From: an uncultured Candidatus Rokubacteria bacterium
Lineage (GTDB): Bacteria > Methylomirabilota > Methylomirabilia > Rokubacteriales > CSP1-6
Direction of reading: 5' to 3'
NCBI GenBank assembly: GCA_963754315.1
Contig: CAVWFS010000018.1
Location: 352,001-416,000 of the forward strand
DNA length: 64,000 nt
Of this stretch, positions 1 to 10,700 are shown one piece after another (position 1 is the stretch's first letter; every line of letters starts with the position of its first letter). Made by a program: the position numbers and the translations under genes. The notes beneath the pieces were generated by a model. That model saw only the letters and a list, made by a program, of their open reading frames with translations. It did no database searches and was not told the DNA's origin.

Positions 1-109
1 GTGGCAGGGGACCGTGTGCGGCTGGGTGGCCAGGCGGTTACGGTATTGCGTGGCGAGCTCGTCTGAGATGGTGTCGTCGAACGGGCGACAAGGAGGGGAG
101 GAATCGCTC

Positions 110-1381
110 GTGAGAATCCTGATCATCCTGTGCTTGGCGAGCGCTCTCGTAGCCGTCGCGGGCGAGGTGGGGTGGGCCCAGGACAGCGATCGTCCGCGGG
201 CCTACCTCGGACTCAAGTTCTTCGACACGAATCCCGCGACTGGTGTGCACGATCTGTTCGGGTTCTCGCTCGGTGCGAACGTGAACAAGTACTTCGGCGC
301 CGAGCTGTCGTTTCAGGAGTACGAGGTCTTTCCCGATATCTCGCCGTACGGGACCATCGGCGAGTACGGTGTGTTCACCATCATCCCGCAAGCGCGCCTC
401 CGGTACCCGCTGTGGAACGACCGGCTCGTGCCGTACCTGTTTGGCGGGGTGGGAGTCGGTCTCACCCGCTTCAACGACCGCAAGCCCCGTGGATTCGGGC
501 TCCAGATCCAGGATGGCACCAAGACCACGGTGGCGGGGACGGTCGGCCTCGGCATCGAGTATTTCGTTGCCGACAATATCGCGCTGGGCATGGAGGCCGG
601 CTACCTGTTTGCGCCCGATGCGACGCTCATGGTTCAGGGCGTACCCGAGAAGGTGAAGATCAGCGCTCCCCTGGTGACCTTCGGGATGCGCCTCCTCTAC
701 CCGGAGGTGGTTCCGGCGCCCATGGCCGAAGCGCGTAAGGATGTGCCGGCCCGCCTGTACATCGGCGCTCGTGCGGGAGGCGCCCTCAATCTCGACACCG
801 ACCTGATCCCTGGAGTCCAGGCAGAGCCGAGCAACAACGCAATTGGCGGAGCGCTGAGCCCGACCTTTGGGGCGTCGCTGGGCCTGAACTTCGGCCGCTA
901 CTTCGGCGCGGAGCTCGCCGTCGACGGGTTCGAGGTCAACATGAATGTGAACGGCCTCGGCAATGTCGGTGAGTGGGCCATCTACACCATCATTCCATAT
1001 TTCAGGCTGCGCTACCCCATGGTCAGAGACCGCGTGCAGCCCTATCTGCTGGCTGGCTTCGGCTACGGTCACACCGAGTTCAATGACCGGAAGCCACCGG
1101 GCGCGGATCTACGGTTCAATGCCGACAACGACACCTGGGCCATGGGGGTGGGGGCAGGGATCGAGTACTTCGTGACGAGCAACATCGCGCTCGGCTTTGA
1201 GATGAAGTACCTCTACTCGGGGGGACAATCCATCAAGATCACTCCCACATCATCGGCGACCCCGCCAGCGAGTGGAGTCAGTGCTTCCGGCAATGCCAAC
1301 GTGTCTGCCCTGCTCTTCAGCGTCGGCGTCCGTGCCTTCCTCTTCGACTTTCCTGGCTGGAAACCGCGCGGCGGGTCTTGA
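110..1381 (+). CDS. Outer-membrane beta-barrel protein with two tandem OmpW/OmpA-like barrel repeats
   Basis: GTG at 110 after AGGAGG; signal peptide ending in WAQ. Two homologous halves share YFGAEL, RLRYP..DR..PYL, FNDRKP and GIEYFV..NIALG, with alternating-strand patterns. Confidence 0.75.
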   Translation: MRILIILCLASALVAVAGEVGWAQDSDRPRAYLGLKFFDTNPATGVHDLFGFSLGANVNKYFGAELSFQEYEVFPDISPYGTIGEYGVFTIIPQARLRYPLWNDRLVPYLFGGVGVGLTRFNDRKPRGFGLQIQDGTKTTVAGTVGLGIEYFVADNIALGMEAGYLFAPDATLMVQGVPEKVKISAPLVTFGMRLLYPEVVPAPMAEARKDVPARLYIGARAGGALNLDTDLIPGVQAEPSNNAIGGALSPTFGASLGLNFGRYFGAELAVDGFEVNMNVNGLGNVGEWAIYTIIPYFRLRYPMVRDRVQPYLLAGFGYGHTEFNDRKPPGADLRFNADNDTWAMGVGAGIEYFVTSNIALGFEMKYLYSGGQSIKITPTSSATPPASGVSASGNANVSALLFSVGVRAFLFDFPGWKPRGGS

Positions 1382-1409
1382 TGGATTGGGGGCCTCGACA
1401 GGGCCCCCG

Positions 1410-4173
1410 CTACACCCCGACGGGGGCGCGAGTGTCGGGGGCGAGGGTGGGGGTCGTCGTGGCTCTCAGTCGAGGCCGTATCAGCTGGAGGATGACGGGG
1501 AGGACTACGAGGGCCGCCACCATGCTGGCGGCGGTACCGAGAGTGAGGAGCAGCCCCAGGCCAAAGATCCCCCGGTGGTCGGCGAGCATGAGGCTCCCAA
1601 AACCGGCCACGGTGGTCAGGCCGTTCACGAGCACAGCCATGATCGTGCTGCGCGGGATGAGGGGGGCCCCGGGGTCGCGCCGCGTCTCCATGTGGCGCAT
1701 CACGATGTTGAGGCCGTACTCGGCGGCGGCCCCCAGCATCAGCGGCAGCGCGAAGATGTTTCCCATGGTGAAGTCGAGGTTGAAGGCCGCCATCAGCCCG
1801 CCCGTCCAGATGAGGCCCAGGGCGAGGGGGAGCAGGGCGAGCAAGGTGTCACGTACACGGCGCAGCAGGGCAAAGATGGCGCCGGTGACGAGGATGATGG
1901 CGTAGATGGTCCCTTGCTTATAGGCCCGTTGCATCAGGGTGATGGACTCGTAGGTGATGATAGGGGTCCCTGTCACGTCGGGATCGACGCTTCGCAGCTC
2001 GCTCACGAACTGGGTCGCGCCCGCCCGCTCCCAGATGTCGACCTTGGGATGGATTTGTAACAGGAAGCGCCCTCGCTCGCTGACGAACTTTCGCTTGAGC
2101 TCCGGCGAGATACTGTCGAGCTCGATCGGACCCGGGTTCAGGTTGGCCTGCAGCCGCTGAAACTTCAGGGTGAAGTCACGCGTGATCTGCCGCTGCAGGT
2201 TGTTCAGGATCGGCTGGCTTGTCTCGGGATCAATTCGCCGGAGCTTCTCGACGAGCCGTCCCACCTCGGCCGTCACCCGCGTGAGCTTGCTTCTGACCTC
2301 GCCAGCCGGTGCCTCGACCGCCGCGATGTCGAGCCGACGCTGGAGCGACCCGAGCTCCTCGATGAGACGCGGCACGTCGACCGGCGCGGCGCGGCCGATC
2401 CGGACCGGGCTCACCAGTTCCGCGAAATCCCCGATGATCTTGCGCTTTTCGGGCTGGTCATTGGGAATGAACAGGAGAGCGGAGTCGACCTCGGAGACAC
2501 TCGGGAGACGGGCAAAGGCATCACGCTTGTCGCGCACCTCTTCCAGGGATCCCGCGCTGGCGAGGGCGGCGAAGCCGGAGCGTCCAGCCGAGCTCAGAAT
2601 GCGCCTCTCCCACACCACGGATTCGGTGCCGGCGGCCTGCAGGTTCAGAAGGTTGTAGTCGAAGCGGACATTCCGCATTCCCCACAGGGCGAGCAGCGTG
2701 AGGATGGCCACCATGGCCAGTACCATCCGCGGATGGCGGGTGATCTGGTCCACGAGGGGCACCCGCATGCTCTCCAGGCGCAGGGCGCGTGGAATGGCAG
2801 CACCTGCGGTCGCGGAGTGACGGCGGTCCACGATGACAAGCACGGCCGGGAACACGGTCATCATGGAGACCCAGGCGAGCAGGATGGACACCCCGGCGAT
2901 GAAGCCCAATTCCTGGAGCCCGCGAAAGTCGGTGAGCATGAGGACGAAGAACGTCCCCCCCGCCGTCACGGCGCCGAGGAGCATTCCCGGCCCACTCCGC
3001 CCCGCCGTGATCTCGATAGCTTCCCGCAAGCTGCGCCCCAGGAAGAGCTCCTCCTCGTAGCGGAAGAGGAAGTAGATGCCGTAATCGATGCCAATGCCGA
3101 CCACGATCGAGATGAACATCACCGAGAAGAGCGAAAGATGCCCGATGACGAGGGTGGCCACCCCGATGGACCAGCACAGGCTCAGGGTGAGAATGGTCAG
3201 CATCAGCAGAGGCTTGCCCACCCGAAGGAAGGCGAGGAGGAGCAGGGCGAGCGTGAGGGCGAACGAAAGAATGCTGGCGTGTTCGCTGTCGCGGAAGGCC
3301 GCCGTCATTTCGTCGCTGGCCAAGGCGGGCTTGCCGGTCACGCCGACCTGCACGGCGGGGAAATCCCCCTTGAGGGAGGCGATCACCTCGCGGATGCCCT
3401 CGATGGCCGCCCGGTCCTCGAGGAAACTCTCCTTGGTGCCGATCGGCTCCGCCAGGATGAACAGCAGGCGCTGGTCCTCCGACAGGAAGTAGCCGCCACC
3501 CCGCTCATCACCCTCGGGCACGGAGAAGAGGGATCCGAACGGCGAGCGGTAGGGGAGAGGGCGGTCCAGACGCTGAGAGATCTGGCTGACGAGGTCCTCG
3601 ATGAAGCGAAGATCGACTGGCCCCTTGGACTCGGACAGGCCGAGGTCGAGAAACCCCGAGGCGAACGCGCTCGCGACCTGCGTCGAGATCCCCTGCACGA
3701 GCATGTCGAGGGTCGGCCGACCGGCGAAGGCCTCCATCAACTCCTGGTTGTCGTAGAGCTTGTCCCGGATCTCGCGCAAGCGCTCGGGCGAGAGATAGAG
3801 GAGCGCGCGGCCCTCGAAGTGCTTGGGGTCGATGCGAAACGCCACGCGCCCCAACGGGACCTTTCGCGCCCGCAACTCGCCCACCAGGCGAGTGGCGTAG
3901 TCCTTCGCCTCGGTGAGGGAGGTAGCCTCCACCACGATGGCGACGTCGTCGAGATCCCCGAAATCCCGGCTGTACTCTACCCAGCGGAGGATGTAGGGCC
4001 GGTCCTGGGGAAGAAGGTCCCGCGTGTGACGTCTTGAACGTCATGAAGGCCAGGGTGTAGAGGAGGCTGACGCCCGCCAGAGCCACGGCCACCCCGACCG
4101 TCAACCATGGGCGCACGCACGACAGGGAGGTCAGACGGCGCAGGAGCCGTCCGATCGTGGAAACCCGTACCAC
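1410..4173 (-). CDS. hpnN: MMPL/RND-family hopanoid transporter (HpnN-like), frameshifted near 4026
   Basis: GIGIDYGIY motif and two TM bundles. The N-terminal TM segment (RPWLTVGVAVALAG...FKTS) lies in the frame starting at 4173 and joins RDLLPQDRPY...DDVAIVVEA after removing one base. Located in the shc operon. Confidence 0.8.
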
Positions 4174-4183
4174 CGCCGGTAGC

Positions 4184-5257
4184 CTATTCTTCGCCGGCGA
4201 TGAACCTCTCGAGCCGATGGTGAGCCAGGTCGTCGGCCCACTGCTCGGGAGGGGACTTCATCAGGTAGGCCGAGGGTGCCAGAAGGGCACCCTTGAGCCC
4301 GCGATCGAGCGCCACCTTGCACGCCCGGACGGCGTCGATGACGACACCGGCGGAGTTGGGCGAGTCCCACACTTCGAGCTTGAGCTCGACGTTGATGGGC
4401 TGATCGCCGAAGCCCCGACCTTCCAAGCGGATGTGCGCCCACTTGCGGTCGGCCAGCCACGGCACGTAGTCGCTGGGCCCGATGTGGATGGCCTCGGGAG
4501 GAAGATCATGACCGAGTTGGGAGCGCACCGCGTCGGTCTTGGAGATTTTCTTGGACACGAGCCGCTCCCGCTCGAGCATGTTGTAGAAGTCGGTGTTGCC
4601 CCCGAAGTTCAACTGGCTGGTGCGGTCGAGGCGGACGCCCCGATCCATGAACAGTCGGGTGAGCACGCGATGGATGATGGTCGCCCCCACCTGGGACTTC
4701 ACGTCATCGCCCACCAGGGGTAAGCCCCGCTCCTCGAACCGACGGCGCCAATAGGTCTCGCGAGCGATGAACACCGGGATGCAGTTGACGAAGGCGCAGC
4801 CTGCCTCCAGCACCTGCTCCACATACCACTTGGTCGCCATCTCGCTTCCCACGGGCAGGAAGTTGACCACCACATGGGTACCGGTCTCGCGCAGGATACC
4901 GGTGATATCGGCCGTCGACCCCTTAGCCTTCGTGATCATCTGGGACAGATAGAGGCCGAGACCGTCGTGGGTCATCCCCCGCTGCACGGGCACCCCCAGG
5001 GTCGGGACTGAGGCGAACTTCACGGTATTGTTCGGTTCCTGGAAGATGGCCTCGGCCAGGTCCCGGCCGACCTTCCGCTCGTCGATGTCGAAGGCGGCCG
5101 AGAACTCGATGTCTCCTACGTGATAGCCCCCCAGGCGGGGATGCATGAGACCGGGGATGAACGTGTCGTCGGCGGCCTGGCGATAGTACTGCACGCCTTG
5201 CACGAGCGACGAGGCGCAGTTGCCGACGCCGATAATGGCCACACGTAAGGAGCTCAC
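4184..5257 (-). CDS. ino1: myo-inositol-1-phosphate (inositol-3-phosphate) synthase
   Basis: [38 protein letters not shown] and VWDSPNSAG motifs; GTG at 5257 after GGAGGAG. Confidence 0.95.
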   Translation of the reverse strand: MSSLRVAIIGVGNCASSLVQGVQYYRQAADDTFIPGLMHPRLGGYHVGDIEFSAAFDIDERKVGRDLAEAIFQEPNNTVKFASVPTLGVPVQRGMTHDGLGLYLSQMITKAKGSTADITGILRETGTHVVVNFLPVGSEMATKWYVEQVLEAGCAFVNCIPVFIARETYWRRRFEERGLPLVGDDVKSQVGATIIHRVLTRLFMDRGVRLDRTSQLNFGGNTDFYNMLERERLVSKKISKTDAVRSQLGHDLPPEAIHIGPSDYVPWLADRKWAHIRLEGRGFGDQPINVELKLEVWDSPNSAGVVIDAVRACKVALDRGLKGALLAPSAYLMKSPPEQWADDLAHHRLERFIAGEE

Positions 5258-5278
5258 TGGATCCTCCTCCGAGCGCAG

Positions 5279-5301
5279 TGACACAGCGTGTCAGTTTAGC
5301 A
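5279..5301 (-). promoter_or_regulatory. Putative internal ino1 promoter (extended -10 TGCTAAACT) with an adjacent palindrome TGACAC-N3-GTGTCA
   Basis: Minus-strand TGnTAAACT at 5301-5293; perfect 6-bp inverted repeat at 5279-5293 over the predicted start site. Confidence 0.4.
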
Positions 5302-5362
5302 CGGTCGACGGCGGGCGCCCCTCATTGCAGCTGCCCCCCTCGATCCGTGCCGCGCAGGAACC

Positions 5363-5989
5363 CTACGTCTTCTTGTCGTCCAGGATCAGCTCGTTCTGCT
5401 TGTTCTTCATTCGATCGACAAGGGCCTGGTAGGACGACGTCTGGATGATCTTGTTGAACTGGGTCCGATAGTTGTTGATGAGACCAACCCCCTCGATCAC
5501 CACGTCGTAGGCGAGCCACCGATCGTTGCGCTTGAGCATGCGATAGTCGACGGGGATGTCGGTCCCTTGCTTCGTGATGATCTTGGTGCGCACGAGGGCC
5601 ACGTCGCCCTCGATGGTGTCTCCATTAAAGGCGATCTTTTCCCCGCCGTAGTTCTCGATCCGGGACACGTAGGCTCGCTCCAGAAGATCGGCGAAGAGCT
5701 TGACGAACTCCTCACGCTCGGCCGGCGTGCGGGCCTGCCAGTGACGCGCCAGCGCGCGCTTGGACATTTCGGTGAAGTCGAATGTCTCGGCCGCGATGCG
5801 GCGGACGGCTTCCCGCCGTTCGGTGGCCTTCCCCGCCTTCTTGAGCTCTGGATCTTCCACCGTCTTGAGCACCTTCTCGATCTGAGACCGCAACTGGTCA
5901 GTCGGCGCCCCGGCCCCTGCGTCCTGGCTCGCCACCAGGGCCAAGAGCAGAGCAAGCCCTATTGCCACGCGAAGTGGGCGTGACGTCAT
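5363..5989 (-). CDS. mlaC: MlaC/Ttg2D (HpnM-like) periplasmic lipid-binding protein
   Basis: Signal peptide; FDFTEMSKRALARHW and WLAYDVVIEGVGLINNYRTQF motifs; follows mlaD. Confidence 0.9.
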   Translation of the reverse strand: MTSRPLRVAIGLALLLALVASQDAGAGAPTDQLRSQIEKVLKTVEDPELKKAGKATERREAVRRIAAETFDFTEMSKRALARHWQARTPAEREEFVKLFADLLERAYVSRIENYGGEKIAFNGDTIEGDVALVRTKIITKQGTDIPVDYRMLKRNDRWLAYDVVIEGVGLINNYRTQFNKIIQTSSYQALVDRMKNKQNELILDDKKT

Positions 5990-6012
5990 CGGTTGGTCCT
6001 CCCTCCCGTTTC

Positions 6013-6453
6013 TCACACTTTGCCGAAGACGTACTTGGAGAGCAACTCCTCGAGATCGACGGGCGGTTGGACCTCGCGCAACTGCCCGTTGGGTGGCACG
6101 ACGCGCTCGGAGCCGCCCGGGCTGATGTTGACATACCGCTCACCGATCAGGCCCTTGGTCTTGATGGCGACGATGGCGTCTTCCGTCAGCTTGATCTGGG
6201 GTTGCATCCGGAGCACCACGTGCGCCTGGTCGTCCTTGAGGCGTATGGACTCGACACTCCCTACCGGTACTCCGGCGATCTCGACGTTGGCTCCGACCTT
6301 GAGGCCGGACGACGTGGGAAAGTCGGCGCTCACCAGGTAGCCGCGGCTGCCGAACAGGGACACGCGTCCCAGCTTGATCGACAGGTACGCGAGGGCCAGG
6401 ATGCCCAGGACGAGAAAGATTCCGACCGTCACGTTGACCTTGGTGCGCTCCAT
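6013..6453 (-). CDS. mlaD: MlaD MCE-domain lipid transport protein
   Basis: N-terminal TM (VGIFLVLG), GLKVGANVEIAGVPVGSV, IKTKGLIGERYVNISPGG. Confidence 0.92.
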   Translation of the reverse strand: MERTKVNVTVGIFLVLGILALAYLSIKLGRVSLFGSRGYLVSADFPTSSGLKVGANVEIAGVPVGSVESIRLKDDQAHVVLRMQPQIKLTEDAIVAIKTKGLIGERYVNISPGGSERVVPPNGQLREVQPPVDLEELLSKYVFGKV

Positions 6454-6467
6454 GTGCTGGCTCCTCT

Positions 6468-7220
6468 TCAGGGATTGTAGGGCGCCGTGCCGGGTTCGGC
6501 CTCGCCGTGGATGAATCGACGGATCACTGGGTTCGTCGAGCCCTGAATGACAGCGGGGGGGCCCGTTTCGATGATTCTCCCCTCGTGGAGCATCGCGACG
6601 GTGTCCACCACCGTGAAGATTTCAGGGATCTCGTGACTCACCATGATCGCGGTGAACCGACTCCGGCGGTGGAGGTCGCCGATCAGGTTATGAATGGTAT
6701 GGACCAGCACGGGGTCGAGGCCTGTGGTGGGCTCGTCGAAGAAGACGATCTCGGGTTCCGTGATCAGGGCGCGGGCGATGGCGACCCGCTTGCGCATCCC
6801 GCCCGAGACCTCGGCCGGATATTTGCCCCCGATCTCCGCCAGGCCGACCGCAGCCAAGACCGCCTGGACCCGCCGACGCACCTCGGCCCGGCCCACCCGG
6901 AACTTCTCCCGGAGGGGGAAGGCCACGTTGGCGGCGCACGTGAGGGAGTCGAAGAGGGCGCCTCCCTGGAAGACGACACCGTAGCGGCGGCGAATCGCGT
7001 CGAGCTCGTGGCCGGAGAGTCGGGTGATGTCCACGCCTTCCACCAGGATGCTGCCCGCATCAGGACGGAGAAGGCCGATGAGGTGGCGGAGCAGGACCGT
7101 CTTCCCGCCCCCGCTGCGCCCGATGACCCCGGTGATGGAACCAGTTGGAACCTCCAGGTCAATGCCGCGCAGCACGGGCTGGCCGCGAAAGGATTTGGTC
7201 AGCCCCTGGACCTTGATCAA
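6468..7220 (-). CDS. mlaF: MlaF ABC ATPase
   Basis: Walker A GRSGGGKT, signature VSGGMRKRVAIARA, FFDEPTTGLDP; TTG start overlaps the mlaE stop. Confidence 0.9.
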   Translation of the reverse strand: MIKVQGLTKSFRGQPVLRGIDLEVPTGSITGVIGRSGGGKTVLLRHLIGLLRPDAGSILVEGVDITRLSGHELDAIRRRYGVVFQGGALFDSLTCAANVAFPLREKFRVGRAEVRRRVQAVLAAVGLAEIGGKYPAEVSGGMRKRVAIARALITEPEIVFFDEPTTGLDPVLVHTIHNLIGDLHRRSRFTAIMVSHEIPEIFTVVDTVAMLHEGRIIETGPPAVIQGSTNPVIRRFIHGEAEPGTAPYNP

Positions 7221-8014
7221 AACGGCAGCACGGAACCCATGAAATAGTCCCAGACGAGGATGAGCACGGAGGCGAGCACCACGGACTGGGTCGTCGCCCG
7301 CGCCACGCCTTCTGCACCATGACCGACGTAGAAGCCCTTGTAGGTGGCCACCCACGTCACGATCACGCCGAAGCTCAGCGATTTCCAGAAGCCAGTCAGG
7401 ATATCGCCCATGTCGACGAAGGTCTTGATTTCGCCGAAGTAGGTCCCACTCGAGAGGCCGAGCAGCTCGACGGCAATGAGGTGGCCCCCCAGCAGCCCCA
7501 TGGCGTCAAAAATGGCGGTGATGAGCGGAAAGGTCAACACGCCGGCCAGGATGGAGGGCGCAACCAAATAGCGCATCGGGTTGAGGGCCATCACGGTCAG
7601 GGCGTCGATCTGCTCGGTGATTCGCATGATGCCGATTTCCGCGGTGAGGGCCGAGCCGGCGCGTCCGGTCACCATGAGGGCGGACAACACAGGCCCCAGC
7701 TCACGGATGATGGAGATGGCCAGAGCTGGGCCCAGAAACGCTTCGGAGCCGAAACGAGTCAGAGTGAGATAGAGCTGCAGGGCGAGGACCATGCCCGTGA
7801 AGGCCCCCGTGAGCAGGATGATGATCAGCGATCTGTAGCCGATGAACTGGATGCGGCGCAGGAGCGCGCCAACCTTGAGGGGCGGGGTGAACAGGACCAG
7901 CACCGCCTCGCCCAGGAAGGCCCCGAAGCGCCCGAGGTTCTCGAGACCGGCGATGGTGGTGCGCCCGAGGGTCTCGAAGGGGCGCAGGAGCCAAGGCAAG
8001 GTGGTGTCGCTCAT
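7217..8014 (-). CDS. mlaE: MlaE ABC permease
   Basis: RELGPVLSALMVTGRAGSALTAEIGIMRITEQIDAL motif; ATGA overlap with the shc stop. Confidence 0.93.
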   Translation of the reverse strand: MSDTTLPWLLRPFETLGRTTIAGLENLGRFGAFLGEAVLVLFTPPLKVGALLRRIQFIGYRSLIIILLTGAFTGMVLALQLYLTLTRFGSEAFLGPALAISIIRELGPVLSALMVTGRAGSALTAEIGIMRITEQIDALTVMALNPMRYLVAPSILAGVLTFPLITAIFDAMGLLGGHLIAVELLGLSSGTYFGEIKTFVDMGDILTGFWKSLSFGVIVTWVATYKGFYVGHGAEGVARATTQSVVLASVLILVWDYFMGSVLPF

Positions 8015-9930
8015 GCTCCGGCACGCCGATACACGCCCAGCGCCCACAGCGGAAAGTACGCCGCATAGTAGTGGTATTTGAGGAAGAACACGCGGGGGAA
8101 TCCCGTGCCGTTCCAGAGAGGATCCTCCCAGGTGCCGGTCGGGCCCTGCGTCCGGAGTAAGTACTCGACGCCGCGCGCGACCGTCGGACCGCCGGTGATC
8201 CCGGCGGCGAACAGGCCCAGGAGCGCCCACGCCGTCTGGCTTGGCATCGACGGGCCCATGCCTGCCAACTCAGGCCGCCAGTAGCTGTCGCAGCGCTCGC
8301 CCCAGCCCCCGTCGGGATTCTGCCGACGCACGAGCCACTGGATGGCGCGCTGGACGTATTCCTGCCTCGGATCCTCGCCGATCGCCCGCAAGCCCCGGAG
8401 GACCGACCACGTGCCATAGATATAGTTGACGCCCCAGCGGCCATACCACGGCCCGTCGTGGCGCTGGGCTCGGCGGATCCAGGCTACGCCCCGCGCGGCG
8501 GGCTCGAACCGTACCGACATCCCGAACGCGCCCATCAGTTCCAGAACCCGCCCGGTCAGGTCTTCCGTTGATGGGTCGAGCAGAGCCCCGTGATCGGCGA
8601 ACGGAATGTTGTTCAGGTACAACCGGTTGTTGTCGGCCTCGAACGACGCCCAGCCCCCGTCGGTCCCCTGCATACCGAGCACCCACCCGAGGCCGCGCTC
8701 TTGGGCCGTCCGCGCGCGATCTGGATCGAGGCCGCGAATGTTGTCCAGGGCCATGAGGACCACCGCGGTGTCGTCGATATCGGGGTAGAAGTCGTTGGCG
8801 TATTGGAATGCCCAGCCGCCGGGCGGCGCGTGTGGCCGCTTCACCTGCCAGTCGCCCGGTACCAAGACTTGGCGGTCAAGCATCCACTCGCCGGCCCGCA
8901 CGAGGGCTGGGTGATCGGTACTGAATCCGCTCTCCACCAACGCCTTCACGACGAGGCAGGTGTCCCACACAGGCGACGGGCAGGGTTGGTAGTGCAGTTC
9001 GTCCCCGCGCTCGATGGCGAGGGCCTCGATCTCCTTGAGCTGACCCAGCACCAGCGGATGGTCGTCGGCATAGCCGAGCAACCGCATGGCGAGGACGGAG
9101 TTGACCATGGCCGGGAAGATTCCTCCGAGCCCTCCGGGGACGGCCAGTCGCTCTTCCAACCATTGACAGGCGGCGGCTACCGCTCGCTTGCGTAGGGGGC
9201 GGGGTGAGAAGCGCTCCCAGACCTTGAGCCCGTCGTCGACACCGATGAAGAAGCTCTTCCAGAACAACGCACGCCAGCCGAATGGCACGGGGCGGCGAGG
9301 GAAGCGCAGGCTCGTCCGCTCACGGGGCTGTGGCCACAGCTCGTCGAGGGACTGATGGGCCGGAAGCCAGCGCACCGGTTTTCGATCGAGGATGACCAGA
9401 AGGGGCACGATGACGGTGCGCGACCAATAGGAGATCTCGTAGAGATTGAAGAGGAAGAAGGGGCGGGGTAGCAGCATGATTTCGACGGGCATGGCCGGGA
9501 TGCCGTTCCAGTCGTACTCCCCGAAGAGGGCCAACTGGATCTTGGTGAAGACGTTGGCCTTGACCGGGCCGCCCATCGCCCGGATACGATCGCGCGCGCG
9601 GATCATGACCGGATCATCGACGGGCTCGCCCGCCATCTTCATGGCGAAGTACGCCTTGATGGTGGCCGACAGGTTGGCCGGGCCCTCTGCGTACAGGGTG
9701 AACCCCCCATCCGGGAGTTGCCGGCGTCGGAGGTAGCGGACCATCCGTCGATCCCGCTCGGGATTGGCGCGGTCGATCAGGTGGGAGAAGAGCAGGTACT
9801 CGCTGGTGATGGTGGTATCGGCTTCGAGCTCACCGACCCAGTGCCCATCCGGTTGTTGCTGCTGGAGGAGGTATCGCTGCGCCCGTTCGATCGCCGAATC
9901 GACCGTCGTCACGACCTCCGATGCTAACAT
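8011..9930 (-). CDS. shc: Squalene-hopene cyclase
   Basis: DIDDTA catalytic DxDD motif and multiple QW repeats (QQPDGHW, QNPDGGWGE). The true start may be the GTG at 9912. Confidence 0.96.
   Translation of the reverse strand: MLASEVVTTVDSAIERAQRYLLQQQQPDGHWVGELEADTTITSEYLLFSHLIDRANPERDRRMVRYLRRRQLPDGGFTLYAEGPANLSATIKAYFAMKMAGEPVDDPVMIRARDRIRAMGGPVKANVFTKIQLALFGEYDWNGIPAMPVEIMLLPRPFFLFNLYEISYWSRTVIVPLLVILDRKPVRWLPAHQSLDELWPQPRERTSLRFPRRPVPFGWRALFWKSFFIGVDDGLKVWERFSPRPLRKRAVAAACQWLEERLAVPGGLGGIFPAMVNSVLAMRLLGYADDHPLVLGQLKEIEALAIERGDELHYQPCPSPVWDTCLVVKALVESGFSTDHPALVRAGEWMLDRQVLVPGDWQVKRPHAPPGGWAFQYANDFYPDIDDTAVVLMALDNIRGLDPDRARTAQERGLGWVLGMQGTDGGWASFEADNNRLYLNNIPFADHGALLDPSTEDLTGRVLELMGAFGMSVRFEPAARGVAWIRRAQRHDGPWYGRWGVNYIYGTWSVLRGLRAIGEDPRQEYVQRAIQWLVRRQNPDGGWGERCDSYWRPELAGMGPSMPSQTAWALLGLFAAGITGGPTVARGVEYLLRTQGPTGTWEDPLWNGTGFPRVFFLKYHYYAAYFPLWALGVYRRAGA
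9921..9930. promoter_or_regulatory. Candidate bidirectional promoter (overlapping extended -10 elements on both strands)
   Basis: ATGCTAACAT reads TGC-TAACAT on + and TGT-TAGCAT on -, and sits between divergent genes only about 20-40 bp apart. Confidence 0.45.
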
Positions 9931-9952
9931 GGCACGAGAACCTCACGAAGCC

Positions 9953-10700
9953 ATGGACCTCGTGATCGGCACCATCCTCCTCCGTCCCTACGTGTTCGGC
10001 TTTCTGCTGGCGTTCGTCGCGGCCGCCCTCGCTGACCTCGGTGGGCGCCGAGCACTGGTGTTCGTTGTGTCGGTGTGGCCAGTGGCGTGGCTGGCGGAAT
10101 TCGCCTCCACCCGGGTGGGCATTCCGTTTGGCCTGTACCACTACACGGAGGCCACGCGCGGACAGGAACTCTACATCGCCAACGTGCCCTTCTTCGACTC
10201 GCTCTCGTTCGTGTTTCTCGCCTACGCAGCGTTCTGCGTTGCTCGCTTGATCGTGGGAGGAGAGCCCGGGCCCTTCACCATGGCGAAGCTGGCCTTGGTT
10301 TCCGGGATTCTCATGATGCTGCTCGATGTCGTTATCGACCCCCTCGCGGTGCGGGGTGACCGCTGGTTCCTCGGGCGCATCTTCTACTACCCGGCCGGCG
10401 GCGCCTACTTCGGGGTGCCGGTCTCCAACTTTGTGGGTTGGGTTACGGTGGGTACGATCGGGGTGGGGCTGTACCTGCTCAGGGCGGGACCTGCCCCCAG
10501 AAGGGCGGGTCTGGCCGGGCATCGCGTTATACTACGGGGTATTGGCGTTCAATTTGTCGGTCACCGTGTGGATCGGTGAGTGGGCGCTGGCTGTACTCGG
10601 CTTCCTCATCCACGCGGTGGTTGCGGTGGGCTTGAGAGTGGGCTGTCAACGCGGAGCGCGCCAGCCCCGGCCCCTGAGGAAGGATCTGCAGGAGGTATGA
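9953..10700 (+). CDS. CruF-like (DUF422 / carotenoid 1,2-hydratase family) membrane protein, frameshifted near 10500
   Basis: GIPFGLYHY, LDVVIDPLAV and YFGVPVSNFVGW motifs. The hydrophobic C-terminus (WPGIALYYGVLAFNL...) continues in another frame and ends in an ATGA overlap with hpnH. Confidence 0.7.
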
